Made by a program: the position numbers and the translations under genes. Positions 50,799 to 61,984 of a stretch of 64,000 nucleotides of DNA are shown here, piece by piece. Position 1 is the stretch's first letter; every line of letters begins with the position of its first letter. The notes beneath the pieces were generated by a model that saw only the letters and a list, made by a program, of their open reading frames with translations, had not been told where the DNA came from and did not search any database. The DNA lies in assembly GCA_965263355.1 (NCBI GenBank), contig CBDHHL010000056.1:448001-512000 (forward strand), given 5' to 3'. Origin of the DNA: Leptolyngbyaceae cyanobacterium (GTDB taxonomy: Bacteria > Cyanobacteriota > Cyanobacteriia > Phormidesmidales > Phormidesmidaceae).

Positions 50799-53504
50799 AT
50801 GAAAACAGCACTCCACTGGCTGTCCCACGCCATCTTTTGGACCTGGAACATCGCCTTTATCGGTTTTATATACTTTTGGCTGTTGCCCACAGCAGCGTTA
50901 GATATCCTAGAAGCCGCTCGCATGGGTGAAATTCCCCCTGCCTTTGTCGCCAGTATCCTCGGTTTGTTGATTGTGCCGTTGATTTGTACCGTGGTCGGTG
51001 GCAAATGGCTACGGAAACACCCGATCTTACTGATGCGGTTGTTTTACGGTGTGGAAGCCCCCCTCTTTGGTTTGTGTCTATTACGCTTGTTCCTGATTCG
51101 CGAAACCACCCCTGCCAGTGCCCATATCCTGCTCACGGTGCTAGCGGCCATTGCCATGTTCGCCATCGAAACCCTGGCAGGCTATGCCGCCTATCGACCG
51201 CGACTGGCCTGGGCTCAAATGGTTGGCCATAGCCTAATTTTAATTACCGGGCTCTATGCAGGCACACTGCTACTGCTCTACACGGTGCCCGCTCTCTGTG
51301 TGATAATCTATGACACCATTACCGGTTTATTTAGTATCAACTGGGTGTGGATGTTAGACGACTTAGGTTGGCTGTTGTTGCATCCTGGAGAATTTGTTCT
51401 CGCTATTTTAGTTTTCACCCTGGTCAGCCTGAGTACCGTAGTGTTTGTTTCGATGCCCTACGTCATGGTCAACTTTTACCTGCGTTCCTGGCATCGCATC
51501 CGCACGGCTTTTGCTAAACAACATGGCCATAGCTGGGCAACAACTGGAGCCGTAGTGGGCATCAGCTGCTTACTATTTGGACTATTGCAACTACATCAGC
51601 CCCAGGTCAAGGCCTTTAGCCTGCTAGAGGGGGCTTCACCGCAAACGCCAGGGGCTCGTCTTACCCTGGTAAACCAGTCCGAGACCATTCGTAAGGGGCT
51701 GCTGCACGGCTATCTCTATCGCTACCGTTACTTGGGCACTGCCGCAGAAAGCAATCAGCTGAGGCATATGTATACCGGGGTTTTTGACATGTCAAAGGAC
51801 GATGCCCAGGTATTTCAAAACTTTCATAATGCGCTATTGTCGCCATTTCTTTATAAGGGCGATCGCAACGATGACAATAAAGCAGCAGACCTCTACGCCA
51901 ACTTTTTTGACACACCCATCCAAAAAGCAGAACGCACCACCGTTCGTCATGCCCTGCAAGCCACGGCCAATCGCGATGAAACCGAAGCTGGTGTGCTCAA
52001 TTTAAACCAAAAGGTGATTCGCTTGGCCGAGCAAACTGTTGCTGTCAAAGAAAATGGCGACTGGGCTGAGGTAGAAATCTATGAACATTACGAAAACAAA
52101 ACAGCCGACGACCAAGAGATTTTCTACAGTTTCTCACTGCCAGAAAGTGCAGCTATCACAGGTGTCTGGCTTGCCGATGCCAAAGATGCCTCCCGCTTTC
52201 CCTTTGTCGTCTCTCCCCGTGGGGCAGCACAGCAGGTCTACAAAGGTGAGATTGAACGGGCACAAACCCGCAGGGCAGAAGACCCAGCATTACTAGAACA
52301 GGTGGGGCCTCGTCAGTATCGTCTACGGGTCTTTCCCATTCCTGCAGCAGAGTCTTCTAAAGAACCGGGGGAACTGCACCTGTGGATGACCTATCAAGTG
52401 TTACAACAGGACGGTGCCTGGCCACTACCTCAGCTGACTGAAAAACGAAACATTTTTTGGAACGATAAAACAGTCCATCAGCGTCGTGGTCAGTCGGTTT
52501 TAGTGTCTGAAGAAACCTGGTTTGAGCCTACAATTCAGGCTAAGAAGACAGTTAAGGCCACTGCCCATCAAATTCAGCTGGATGAGGGCTATCAAGTGAC
52601 CGCTACTCCAGTTGCTAAAACTGTTGTTCCCAAGGGTAAACGGATCGCGGCTATTTTGGATACGTCCTACAGTATGACCGATAGTGGCCACTTTAAGGCG
52701 TTAGCGCAGCTCGACAAAATAAATGGCCAGAATGAGCTGGACTTTTATCGGACTACGGCCACTGGTGAAACCTTAACGCCTAGCGACGATATTGATAGCT
52801 TTGACCTGCTTGTTCCCTATGGTAGTCTGCAACCGGCAGAGATGCTACAGCAGTTCGCGCAGCAGCGTCTGCCTAAAGAGTATGATGCGATTTTGCTGCT
52901 GACTGATGCGGGTAGCTATGAGCTAACGGAGGAGGATCTGGAACTGCCTGAGCTGTCTGCCCCTCTATGGTTGGTGCATATGGGCAATCAGCTACCGGCG
53001 GCCTATGATGACAAACTGCTAGAAGCTATGCAAAAAAGCAGTGGTGGTGTAGCGACGGATGTGACGGCGGTACTACAGCGGTTAGATAAAAACGTAATCG
53101 ATGGGTATGAATGGTCAGTCGTTGAGCAGGATGGCCCAGGGCAGACAGATAAGTTTATGCCCATTGCTGCCCGCCAGATGATTTTACAGCGCAGTCGTAC
53201 GGTAGATATGACACAGCTGGAGAATTTGGATGGGGTACATGCGGTGGCCAAACGGGCTGAAATTGTAACGCCGTATTCGTCGATGTTGGTTTTGGTCAAT
53301 GAGCGACAGCGGCAGTTGCTGCGTCAGGCGGAAGCGGCAGCGGACCGGTTTGACCGCGAGGTGGAGGATGGTGAGGATGAGCTAACGGATCCAAATAATC
53401 CGCTCAATGCGGTGGCGGTACCTGAGCCAGGATTTATGGTCGGCCTGGGGGCGATGGCGGTTAGCCTGTTGGTAGTGAAGCGGAAACGGTCGGCTGATAG
53501 ATAG
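50799..53504 (+). CDS. PEP-CTERM integral membrane protein (TIGR02921-like) with VIT and vWA-like domains
   Basis: Multi-TM N-terminus, FSLPESAAITG, DPALLEQVGPRQYRLRVFP, DTSYSM, C-terminal AVPEP-TM-KRKR. Confidence 0.88.
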   Translation: MKTALHWLSHAIFWTWNIAFIGFIYFWLLPTAALDILEAARMGEIPPAFVASILGLLIVPLICTVVGGKWLRKHPILLMRLFYGVEAPLFGLCLLRLFLIRETTPASAHILLTVLAAIAMFAIETLAGYAAYRPRLAWAQMVGHSLILITGLYAGTLLLLYTVPALCVIIYDTITGLFSINWVWMLDDLGWLLLHPGEFVLAILVFTLVSLSTVVFVSMPYVMVNFYLRSWHRIRTAFAKQHGHSWATTGAVVGISCLLFGLLQLHQPQVKAFSLLEGASPQTPGARLTLVNQSETIRKGLLHGYLYRYRYLGTAAESNQLRHMYTGVFDMSKDDAQVFQNFHNALLSPFLYKGDRNDDNKAADLYANFFDTPIQKAERTTVRHALQATANRDETEAGVLNLNQKVIRLAEQTVAVKENGDWAEVEIYEHYENKTADDQEIFYSFSLPESAAITGVWLADAKDASRFPFVVSPRGAAQQVYKGEIERAQTRRAEDPALLEQVGPRQYRLRVFPIPAAESSKEPGELHLWMTYQVLQQDGAWPLPQLTEKRNIFWNDKTVHQRRGQSVLVSEETWFEPTIQAKKTVKATAHQIQLDEGYQVTATPVAKTVVPKGKRIAAILDTSYSMTDSGHFKALAQLDKINGQNELDFYRTTATGETLTPSDDIDSFDLLVPYGSLQPAEMLQQFAQQRLPKEYDAILLLTDAGSYELTEEDLELPELSAPLWLVHMGNQLPAAYDDKLLEAMQKSSGGVATDVTAVLQRLDKNVIDGYEWSVVEQDGPGQTDKFMPIAARQMILQRSRTVDMTQLENLDGVHAVAKRAEIVTPYSSMLVLVNERQRQLLRQAEAAADRFDREVEDGEDELTDPNNPLNAVAVPEPGFMVGLGAMAVSLLVVKRKRSADR

Positions 53505-53606
53505 CTGAAACTCACAGCTTGCATCAAGATCAGTGATGGAGCTAAATTCTGCACCAGGTTGAAAACTCGGCGCTAATTGAAATAACTGTCAAAGTGACCC
53601 AAGATT

Positions 53607-53640
53607 GCTCAGGCCCCCAACCCCCAAATCTGGGGACTTT
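53607..53640. repeat. Half of the C/G-rich MITE-like repeat
   Basis: GCTCAGGCCCCCAACCCCCAAATCTGGGGACTT resembles the reverse complement of 30961-30994. Confidence 0.6.
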
Positions 53641-53889
53641 GAGTCTTATTTGACCAATTTTTTTGAAGTGCCAGTATACCTAATTTTGAGAAGGCTTCAA
53701 TCCTTTCGTTCAAAGGGACTTCGATAGCTGATGGTCAATTGGGACTCTCTACTGAGTTCAAAGGAACGTTTTTATAGTTTGGGCACGTCTTAATCCTGAA
53801 AGGTATTGTAAAAAGTGCGTGAAATAACGTTTGTTTACTCATGCTATTACAGAGCCAATGTACATCTGCCCATATAGTGACGTTTTCCT

Positions 53890-54147
53890 ATGAGTAGCTT
53901 TCCTCTAAAGTCGGGTCTAAAGTCCGCAGCCATTGCTGATGCTGTTGTTAAGCGGCTTAATCAGTTGCCTTTGCAAAGCCAGCAGCAGGTCCTGGATTTT
54001 GTGGAGTTTTTGCTGCATCGTCATAAGCTAGATGAGGCGGTTGAGCCGTTTAATGATGGTATTGAGGAAGATTTGACACTGTGGGAGGCGTCTAAGGATG
54101 AGGATTGGCTAGCGTTAGAGGCACAGCTGGCGGCGACAAAAGAATAG
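53890..54147 (+). CDS. DUF2281-like putative antitoxin (orphan)
   Basis: LNQLP...QQQVLDFVEFL. Confidence 0.7.
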   Translation: MSSFPLKSGLKSAAIADAVVKRLNQLPLQSQQQVLDFVEFLLHRHKLDEAVEPFNDGIEEDLTLWEASKDEDWLALEAQLAATKE

Positions 54148-55940
54148 CTGAATTTTGGGGCAAACTCCACCGATCCGCGCTTATCGCCTTCCCCAGGTCG
54201 CAGGTAAAACGTGGTTAGCAAGTTATTCAGGGCTTTGTCTTCCGATTGTCCGGTGCTTTCTTGCGCTGTTTTAAGCGATGTTGCCACCGGGTTAGAACTG
54301 TCTTGAAATCGCGTCTTTAACATCGACAGCTGGGCCGTTTCATTACCTGACTGCACCACACATAAAGCTGCCTCTTGCAGTACCTCTCGCAAATCCTCAG
54401 GGTCATCCAAGCCAGAAAGCCGCACATTTTCATCCTGGCGCTGCTTTTCTAACACCCAGTTAACCGACTCTCGATATACTCGCAGTTTTGCCTGACTTTC
54501 TTGCTTAGCATCAGCAAACATATCGCTGGTTAATTGTTTCTCTCGATGCAGTCTTGCCAGTAAATAAATTAACAATGGCTCGCGAGCTAAATTATTACTA
54601 ATCTCGTTTGGACAAGCTTGTAAGAATGTTTGAAACTGTTTAACTTCGTCTTCTCCAAAAATAGTCTGCCAATTGTTTAACCATTGTTCCTGCAGACCAT
54701 CATCCATAGGCAAAAGCTTTACCCGCTCTAAATTTTTATCTTGGGTAATGCGCTGTGCCACACCCTGTAACGCTAGCGGTCTGCCGGTGACTAAACACTG
54801 GTGATGGCTATTTTTTTGAAAGTCTGACACCTGTTGTAAAAATTCCTGTAAACCTCCTGTTGAGCGACCCTGCAGTAACAGCTCATCAAACCCATCCAAA
54901 ACAATCAGAAATCGCGTGTTTTTATCTTTGAGCCACCCTTCCTGACCCACAAATTTAACAGGCTCTAACTCAGGGCAGTTTTCCAAAGTTTCAGTCAGGG
55001 TATTTTCAATTGCTCGTAGATTTCGTAACCGGATAAACAGCGGAATATAGGAAAACGCCGCAGTCTGGCAAACCTCAGCCGCAAACATCCGACAAAAAAC
55101 AGATTTTCCCTGGCCAGCATCCCCCTGGATAAACATGACCTTGCGGGGACCTGTCTGGTCTAGAATCCCCTGTGCCCAGTCATGAATATTGACGGGGTCT
55201 GCATACGTTTCTTCACCTGACTGAGTCAGTGGCTGCACCTTAAGCGGCACATAGATATCGTTAAATGTGATCAGCGGGTCGCTTTCATCAAACACCTGTT
55301 CTGTGGGCAGGGGCGCAATTTTCTCCTTTAAGTAAACATCAATGCTCACATACCGATTCTGTTCCTGCTGTCCTCCGGTGCGGTAAAACTCCGCTAACGG
55401 TTCCACACTCTCCCCTGCCTCAGCCATGGCCTGACACAAATATCGAGGCGTTCCCCAGCCCACTTGGTCTGTTATCTTTTGGGCCATTGCTGTCTCTAGG
55501 CCAACCTGCTGTAGCTGTTCCGTTAGGGTGCCCCCAAACTGTTCCGCCAGTTTAGACTCCCGAAATCGGCTGGTGACCATTTTGAGTTCATTGGCAGTCG
55601 GCTTCTCAGCATCTAAACGGTCAATCTGCTTTGCCAACAGTTTTTGCAACGAGACGTTTTCTAGCGTTGGCTTACTCTCAGCATCCGTAATTTTCCCAAG
55701 CACCGCTGCTAAACTTTGCAAATAGGCCAGCTGCGCCACAATCATTACGGAGTTTTCAAACGTAGGCTCAGTTTTACTCAGGTTTAGATAGAGTTTCAGT
55801 AAACCAATGCCCACCGACACAAACGGTAACCCTGAAATTACCATTTGAGCATCTGGATCGTTCAGCACCTTAAAAATTGCTAGCACTAACGGTCTCAATG
55901 CCTTTCTCGGCCAGTTCACCCCACGGAATATCTTTGACAT
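54021..55940 (-). pseudogene. NACHT (STAND) NTPase, apparently truncated near 54158
   Basis: Walker A GDAGQGKS, Walker B LDGFDE, EPLL; VEFA is followed by PK instead of HKSF and the frame runs antisense into the DUF2281 gene. Confidence 0.75.
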
Positions 55941-56042
55941 CCGTATTCAGAAACAGCCAAAACCCTTTCAAACTAGCCATCAACGATTCTTGATTAGGAA
56001 GAACTGCCTAGACCATAGCTAGCTTTTTTATAGATGGCAAAT

Positions 56043-56074
56043 GGGTGCGTTACGCTTCGCTAACAGCACCCTAC
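56043..56074. repeat. REP-like palindrome
   Basis: GGGTGCGTTACGCTTCGCTAACAGCACCCTAC. Confidence 0.65.
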
Positions 56075-56173
56075 GCTAATACTGGTCTTGTACCTACCCT
56101 GGGATAACGGGTGCTACCAATCCGGAACCCATATCAGTAAAATTTAGCAACGTGACTATAAGACAAAAACACC

Positions 56174-56368
56174 ATGCCTATCATTCGTGTTGAAATATTG
56201 CCCGGTAGAACCGTTGAACAGAAACGAGAGCTAGTGGATGTGCTCACCCGTGAGACGGCTCGTATTGCTGGCTGTAGCGAAGCGTCTATTTATGTGGTGA
56301 TCGAGGATGTGAAGAAGGAAAATTGGGGTGTGGGTGGAAAGCTATGTGTGGATAAGTTTCCTGATTGA
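56174..56368 (+). CDS. 4-oxalocrotonate tautomerase family protein
   Basis: MP start (catalytic Pro1), GRTVEQK, ENWGVGG. Confidence 0.93.
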   Translation: MPIIRVEILPGRTVEQKRELVDVLTRETARIAGCSEASIYVVIEDVKKENWGVGGKLCVDKFPD

Positions 56369-56379
56369 GAGAGTGGTTT

Positions 56380-56402
56380 GGCGGGTTGGAACGCCGCCCT
56401 AC
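56380..56402. repeat. REP-like palindrome
   Basis: Reverse complement GTAGGGCGGCGTTCCAACCCGCC. Confidence 0.55.
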
Positions 56403-56520
56403 AACCCAACGTACTGGGGTATCCCTAATGGCATTAAGTTGGGGTTACGGCGAGGACAATTAACTTTGTTTCGGAGTGTTTTGCGAATAGCAGTTTGGAA
56501 TAATGGACTCTACACAAAGA

Positions 56521-57072
56521 TTAGTCTGGAATGCAAACTAATTTTTCAACCTCTATGGCTACATCGGGAAACGCGATTGGATAAATAATTCCATTGCTGA
56601 CAGTAGTCTGATTTAAAAAATCATCGCCTTGTAAGTCTTTAAATATCGTCATTTGCCTTTTTTGAACATCAATCACCCAATACTCTGCAACGCCTGCCGA
56701 GGCATAGAGCATCCGTTTAGTCTCTAAATCATGGGCTAGGGTGGTGTCTGCAATCTCAACTAACCAATAAATATCCTCTGGATATGGATGATGCGTTAGG
56801 TAACGGGTGTCGGGTAGATGCACAATGGCAATATCTGGCTGCGGCTCGGAGTCAGGCAGAGTAATTGGATGGGCTTCAAATACTTCCGCTTTACCCTGCA
56901 TGATTTCGCGTAGATAGTTGACACCTCGATGGTTGACAAACCGATGAAACTCGCCTTCCGGTGCCATGTCCCAAATGTCTCCACGGATAAGTTCACAGTG
57001 ACGCTGGTCGAGAATACCCAGATTGCGCATACGCTGATAGTCTGCAACTGACCATTTGGCTAGTGTTGGCAT
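56521..57072 (-). CDS. Uma2-family endonuclease
   Basis: ELIRG, SEPQPD, LVEIADTTL.D...K..LYA..GV.EYWVID. Confidence 0.93.
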   Translation of the reverse strand: MPTLAKWSVADYQRMRNLGILDQRHCELIRGDIWDMAPEGEFHRFVNHRGVNYLREIMQGKAEVFEAHPITLPDSEPQPDIAIVHLPDTRYLTHHPYPEDIYWLVEIADTTLAHDLETKRMLYASAGVAEYWVIDVQKRQMTIFKDLQGDDFLNQTTVSNGIIYPIAFPDVAIEVEKLVCIPD

Positions 57073-57171
57073 GACCTGAACTCTCCGTTACTTGCCAACT
57101 ATTCTACTGAGATCCTCAATTTCGCAGCCAGCTAAACTGACGTTGACTGATAAAAGTGTCTGACCTCGACT

Positions 57172-57231
57172 GAAACAAAAACTTGTAGAGGTGCTCACCC
57201 GTGAGACAGCTCGCATTGCTGGCTACAGTGA
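57172..57231 (+). pseudogene. 60-bp fragment of a second tautomerase gene
   Basis: 49/60 identity to 56221-56280; KQKLVEVLTRETARIAGYSD vs KRELVDVLTRETARIAGCSE. Confidence 0.8.
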
Positions 57232-57265
57232 CGTGACAGGGCTTATTTAGCGTCTTGAAATTTCA

Positions 57266-57502
57266 TTACTGACTACTAACAGCCGTAACTGTGATACCTA
57301 TTAATTCCTCGTCCTGATAACGCACAATAATGTCATTATCCATTGCCTCACTGTAAGTCGCAGCCTTAGGCGGATAGGAAAAGTTAACATACATAACATC
57401 AGCTTCTGCATCATAAGACATCCAGAAAGACTGTTTATTCAAACCTTTGATAGCTTTCGCTAGATTCAAATATGCTTCCGTATTGACTTGAGCTATGGCC
57501 AT
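57266..57502 (-). CDS. DUF2283-family putative antitoxin
   Basis: YDAEADVMYVNF, IIVRY, LIGITV. Confidence 0.85.
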   Translation of the reverse strand: MAIAQVNTEAYLNLAKAIKGLNKQSFWMSYDAEADVMYVNFSYPPKAATYSEAMDNDIIVRYQDEELIGITVTAVSSQ

Positions 57503-57813
57503 ACGACTTTTTTATCCTCCAAGTATCGACGACGTTGATTAAAGAACGCTGTCACAATAAATCCATCGACAATAACACCATCCTCATCAAGTTCACGATA
57601 AATGACCAGTAGCCATTTCTCGTCTGGTTTAATGGTTTTCACACTGATGAGCTGACCATCCCTACCTTGCAATACCTGCTCAGGATTTTTGACAGTATCC
57701 AGAACTTCAACTTGTAAGTCAGTTAATTCTGGATGTTGAAATGTAATGTGTTGCCAACGCTCTTCAGTAAGACGAATGCTTACTCCATTAACTGAATTTA
57801 CACTTGCTAGCAT
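57493..57813 (-). CDS. Putative RelE-like/DUF4258-type toxin coupled to DUF2283
   Basis: IRLTEERWQHI...HPE, LLVIY, GFIVTAF; 10-nt overlap with the partner gene. Confidence 0.7.
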   Translation of the reverse strand: MLASVNSVNGVSIRLTEERWQHITFQHPELTDLQVEVLDTVKNPEQVLQGRDGQLISVKTIKPDEKWLLVIYRELDEDGVIVDGFIVTAFFNQRRRYLEDKKVVWP

Positions 57814-57962
57814 TACATGCCCTTATCCTTAGATACACAAACTATGGTTAGGTTTTAGTTCTCAAAACTGGCTCGATTCCTGTTGAACCCAAATCCAACG
57901 TTCTGCTCAACCTTATTCCTGCCATAATACTAAGGTTTTGACTCCACACTTTTAGTACACCC

Positions 57963-60104
57963 ATGGCGACCTTCTTGCTCGAAGTCGGTACCGAAGACCT
58001 ACCAGCCAGCTTTGTCAGCGATGCCCTTAACCAATGGAAAGCCAAAATTCCAGCGGAACTGGAGGAGCAGTTGCTTACACCGGAAAGCATTGAGTTCTAT
58101 GGCACTCCACGTCGACTGGCTCTAGTGCTTAACGGTATTCCTGAGCGGCAGCCGGATCGAGAAGAAGAAGCGAAGGGTCCATCGGTTAAAGCGGCGTTTA
58201 AGGATGGTAAACCGACAAAGGCGGCTGAAGGGTTTGCCCGCTCCCGTGGGGTGAGCGTTGACGATTTTGAAATTCGTGAAACTAAGAAGGGTGAGTTTAT
58301 CTTTGTCACTCAGAAAATTGAGGGGCGGGCGGCCACTGATATTCTGACTGAGCTGATTCCGCAGTGGATTTTGGGCTTAGAAGGTAAACGGTTTATGCGT
58401 TGGGGTGATGGCGATCTGAAGTTTCCTCGCCCGGTGCGCTGGTTGGTGACGCTGATGGATGATCAGGTGCTGCCGATTACGTTGACTAATGGGTCTGAGG
58501 TGTGTGTGAGCGATCGCACTTCCCAAGGCCACCGCGTCCTCCACCCAGAACCCATTACCCTCAACGCTGCCACCGGCTACGTCGATGCCATGAAGTCCAT
58601 CTATGTGGACGTAGACCCCGCAGAGCGTCGCACAAAAATCGTCGCCCAGGTAGAAAAAGCTGCTAAGTCAGTCAAGGGTGACGCCATTGTTAACCCAGAA
58701 CTGCTGGATGAAGTGATCAACCTGGTGGAATGGCCCACCGCTGTCGTGGGCAAATACGACGAAGAGTTTTTAGAACTGCCCTCTGAAGTGGCCATTACTG
58801 AAATGGAAAGCCACCAGCGTTACTTTCCCCTTAAGTCTGGCGATGACCTGCTGCCTAATTTTATTACCATTTCTAACGGCGACCCGGCTAAGTCTGACAT
58901 CATCGCTGAGGGCAATGGTCGGGTAATTCGTGCCCGCCTCTCGGACGGTATGTTCTTCTTTAATGCTGACCGTACCCAGACCTTGGCAGACTATCTACCC
59001 AAGCTGGAGATGGTTACCTTTGAAGAGCGCCTGGGGTCTGTACGGCAAAAGGTGGACCGGATTGTTGGGGTGGCTGTTGCGATCTCAACCCAACTCAACC
59101 TGGACACCACCCAAACGGAACTCGCCAACCGAGCTGCCCTCCTCTGTAAAGCCGACCTTGTCACCCAAATGGTGGGCGAATTCCCCGAACTGCAAGGCAT
59201 CATGGGGGAAAAATATGCTCGCCATAGCCAAGAACCGGAAGCGGTTGCCGTTGCCATCTCAGAGCACTACTTACCCAAAGGTGCCGGAGATAGCCTGCCC
59301 CAGTCCCTCACCGGACAAATCGTTGGCTTAGCCGACCGCCTGGATACCCTGGTGAGCATTTTTAGCCTGGGCATGAAACCGACAGGGTCGTCTGACCCCT
59401 TTGCCCTGCGTCGTGCCGCCAATGCCGTAGTGAGCATTATCTGGGCCGGTGGGTTAGACCTGAATCTGACCGCCCTGCTCCAGGCCATCATTACGGCCTT
59501 TGCTAGTGAACGCGACGGGGTTAATGTCGACGAGCTACAGCAGGAGCTAGAGTCCTTTTTTGAACAGCGGGTACGCACCCTATTCCAGGATGACGAGGCC
59601 ATTGACTACGACTTGATCAATGCTGTCGTTGGTGAAGAGGACCTCGACTACCGGGCTCGGGTACTGAGTAATTTGCTGGATGCCCGCGATCGCGCCCGCT
59701 TTCTACAGGAAATTCGTGCCAATGGTACCTTGGCCATTGTCTACGAAACCGTAAACCGGGCCTCTAAACTAGCCACTAAAGGTGATTTGGATACCACTAG
59801 CCTTGCCCCAGAGGGCATTGTTGATACCAACCTGTTCCATTCTCCTGCTGAGACTGCCTTCCATGAGAGTTTGCAACAGCTAGTGCCCCAAACCGAGGCA
59901 GCCCAGGCCGAACGAGACTACCAAAAGCTGATCGATGGGCTCAAACAAGCAGCCCCCGTCGTCGCAGAATTCTTTGATGGTGAAAACAGTGTGATGGTCA
60001 TGGACGACGATGATGCTATTCGTCAGAATCGTTTGAATTTATTGGGCCTGTTGCGTAACCATGCCAGGGTATTGGCGGACTTTGGGGCCATTGTTAAAGG
60101 GTAA
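57963..60104 (+). CDS. glyS: Glycine--tRNA ligase beta subunit
   Basis: [44 protein letters not shown]. Confidence 0.98.
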   Translation: MATFLLEVGTEDLPASFVSDALNQWKAKIPAELEEQLLTPESIEFYGTPRRLALVLNGIPERQPDREEEAKGPSVKAAFKDGKPTKAAEGFARSRGVSVDDFEIRETKKGEFIFVTQKIEGRAATDILTELIPQWILGLEGKRFMRWGDGDLKFPRPVRWLVTLMDDQVLPITLTNGSEVCVSDRTSQGHRVLHPEPITLNAATGYVDAMKSIYVDVDPAERRTKIVAQVEKAAKSVKGDAIVNPELLDEVINLVEWPTAVVGKYDEEFLELPSEVAITEMESHQRYFPLKSGDDLLPNFITISNGDPAKSDIIAEGNGRVIRARLSDGMFFFNADRTQTLADYLPKLEMVTFEERLGSVRQKVDRIVGVAVAISTQLNLDTTQTELANRAALLCKADLVTQMVGEFPELQGIMGEKYARHSQEPEAVAVAISEHYLPKGAGDSLPQSLTGQIVGLADRLDTLVSIFSLGMKPTGSSDPFALRRAANAVVSIIWAGGLDLNLTALLQAIITAFASERDGVNVDELQQELESFFEQRVRTLFQDDEAIDYDLINAVVGEEDLDYRARVLSNLLDARDRARFLQEIRANGTLAIVYETVNRASKLATKGDLDTTSLAPEGIVDTNLFHSPAETAFHESLQQLVPQTEAAQAERDYQKLIDGLKQAAPVVAEFFDGENSVMVMDDDDAIRQNRLNLLGLLRNHARVLADFGAIVKG

Positions 60105-60120
60105 AAAGCTATCCATCGCT

Positions 60121-60140
60121 GGTGGGCATGGCCCACCCTA
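60121..60140. repeat. REP-like palindrome after glyS
   Basis: GGTGGGCATGGCCCACCCTA. Confidence 0.6.
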
Positions 60141-60223
60141 GCGTTACCTTCTTCCCCACTCCCTTTCCCACTCCCTCCATTAATCTGCTACATTTACTGA
60201 CTTGAGATAGCAGGGAGTCACCC

Positions 60224-61603
60224 ATGGAATCAGCCCAACTAGGTCAGCCCGAATCACAGCCCACTACTTACGTCATTGGCCTGGGACTGTCCGGTGTTGC
60301 TGCGGCACGATTATTAAAAAAACAAGGTTGGCATGTGGTAGTGAGCGATCGCAACGATGGCGAACGTCAAATTTCCCAGCAGAATGCCCTCTCTGTTGAA
60401 GGGATTGAGGTCAAATTAGGCCATACCTTCTCCGCTGACGACCCCATGGATCTGGTGGTGGCTAGCCCTGGTGTACCCTGGGATCTGCCAGGATTAGTAA
60501 AGGCCAGGGAAAACGGAATCAGTACCATTGGTGAAATGGAACTGGCCTGGCGAGCCCTGAGCCATTTGCCCTGGATCGGCATTACGGGCACCAATGGTAA
60601 AACCACGACCACTGAACTAGTGGCTGCCATTTTTAGGGCGACAACGCTTAATGCGCCAGCCTGTGGCAACATTGGCTATGCGGCTTGTCAGGTGGCCCTG
60701 GACCCCGAACCTGACTGGGTATTGGCAGAACTTAGTAGCTACCAAATCGAGGCATCCATTGGGCCTAAACCCAAAATTGGCGTGTGGACCACATTTACCG
60801 CCGATCATTTGAGCCGTCATAAAACCATTGAAAATTACTATGCCATTAAGGCGTCTCTGCTAGAACGTAGTGAGAAACGTGTCCTGAATGGGGATGATCC
60901 CTATCTGCGAGAAACCCTGGCTAATCGTTGGGAAAATAGCTACTGGACTAGTATTGATGGAGCTAATGCGATCGCGCCCCTGGTCCCCAGTACCTACATC
61001 GACCAACAGGGTTGGGTCATCCATGACGGGGAAAAGCTCTTCCCAGCAAACAATCTTAAAATGGTCGGTCGCCACAACTTTCAAAATCTTCTTATGGCCG
61101 TCACCGTTGCTAAATTAGCGGGTATTCCCAATGAAGCCATTGCTAATGCCATCGAAAATTTCTCGGGTGTCGCCCATCGATTAGAACACATTATCACCTG
61201 GGAAGGTGTTGACTTTATCAACGACAGTAAGGCTACCAATTACGATGCAGCAGAAGTTGGTTTAAGCTCCGTCAATAGTCCGACGATTCTCATTGCAGGC
61301 GGAGTCGCTAAAGAAGGTGATGACACCGCCTGGTTAGAACGTATCCAAGAAAAAGCAGTTCAAGTGTTATTGATTGGGGATGCTGCCGACAAGTTTAGCC
61401 AGCGTTTGATCGATGTTGGCTATGGCCGCTTTGAAGATGTAGGCACTATGGAAAATGCAGTAAAGCGCAGTAAAGAAATTGCCCTGGGGCTTAAGGCCAA
61501 AGTTGTTCTTCTCTCTCCTGCCTGTGCTAGTTTTGATCAATATGTAAATTTCGAAGCCCGTGGAGATGATTTTAGAACCCAATGCGAGAGTTTTTTGAAA
61601 TAA
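60224..61603 (+). CDS. murD: UDP-N-acetylmuramoyl-L-alanine--D-glutamate ligase
   Basis: GLGLSG, ITGTNGKTTT, ELSSYQ, NDSKATN, LLSPACASFD. Confidence 0.97.
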   Translation: MESAQLGQPESQPTTYVIGLGLSGVAAARLLKKQGWHVVVSDRNDGERQISQQNALSVEGIEVKLGHTFSADDPMDLVVASPGVPWDLPGLVKARENGISTIGEMELAWRALSHLPWIGITGTNGKTTTTELVAAIFRATTLNAPACGNIGYAACQVALDPEPDWVLAELSSYQIEASIGPKPKIGVWTTFTADHLSRHKTIENYYAIKASLLERSEKRVLNGDDPYLRETLANRWENSYWTSIDGANAIAPLVPSTYIDQQGWVIHDGEKLFPANNLKMVGRHNFQNLLMAVTVAKLAGIPNEAIANAIENFSGVAHRLEHIITWEGVDFINDSKATNYDAAEVGLSSVNSPTILIAGGVAKEGDDTAWLERIQEKAVQVLLIGDAADKFSQRLIDVGYGRFEDVGTMENAVKRSKEIALGLKAKVVLLSPACASFDQYVNFEARGDDFRTQCESFLK

Positions 61604-61843
61604 CAATTTCCCCCATAGAATGGGATTATGTCGCTGTAGGATGGCGCTTATTGCGAAATAAAATGTATCGACAAATCCAATAAACGTAGGTTTGCTCAGT
61701 CCGGTAAGAATAATGCTTTAGACGGATATGATCCCGAACTTGATCCAGGAGTTTTCTAGGACGCGTTTCCATTGATGATGGGTACAGAGCATATGTATCA
61801 TTTTTTACTCGCGTCCATGAATTTCTAATATGGTCAGGGGGTA

Positions 61844-61976
61844 ACTATACTGAAACTTTCCATATATCTACCTAATATGAACGCACTATATGGACAGCTC
61901 GCAGTATAGTATGCCGATTTGGGTGGATAGGCTGCGAGTTCGCAGTATAGTATACCGATAAGGGGAGATAGACTGA
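61844..61976. repeat. Nested direct and inverted repeats
   Basis: TCGCAGTATAGTATRCCGAT occurs twice, 41 bp apart; ACTATACTG at 61844 is its inverted partner. Confidence 0.7.
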
Positions 61977-61984
61977 AAAAGTCG

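Noticed and set aside
61899..61976. Mini CRISPR array or Tn7 end
   Set aside because: Only two ~20-bp repeats, the intervening sequences resemble each other, and there is no terminal TGT/ACA or tns/cas gene
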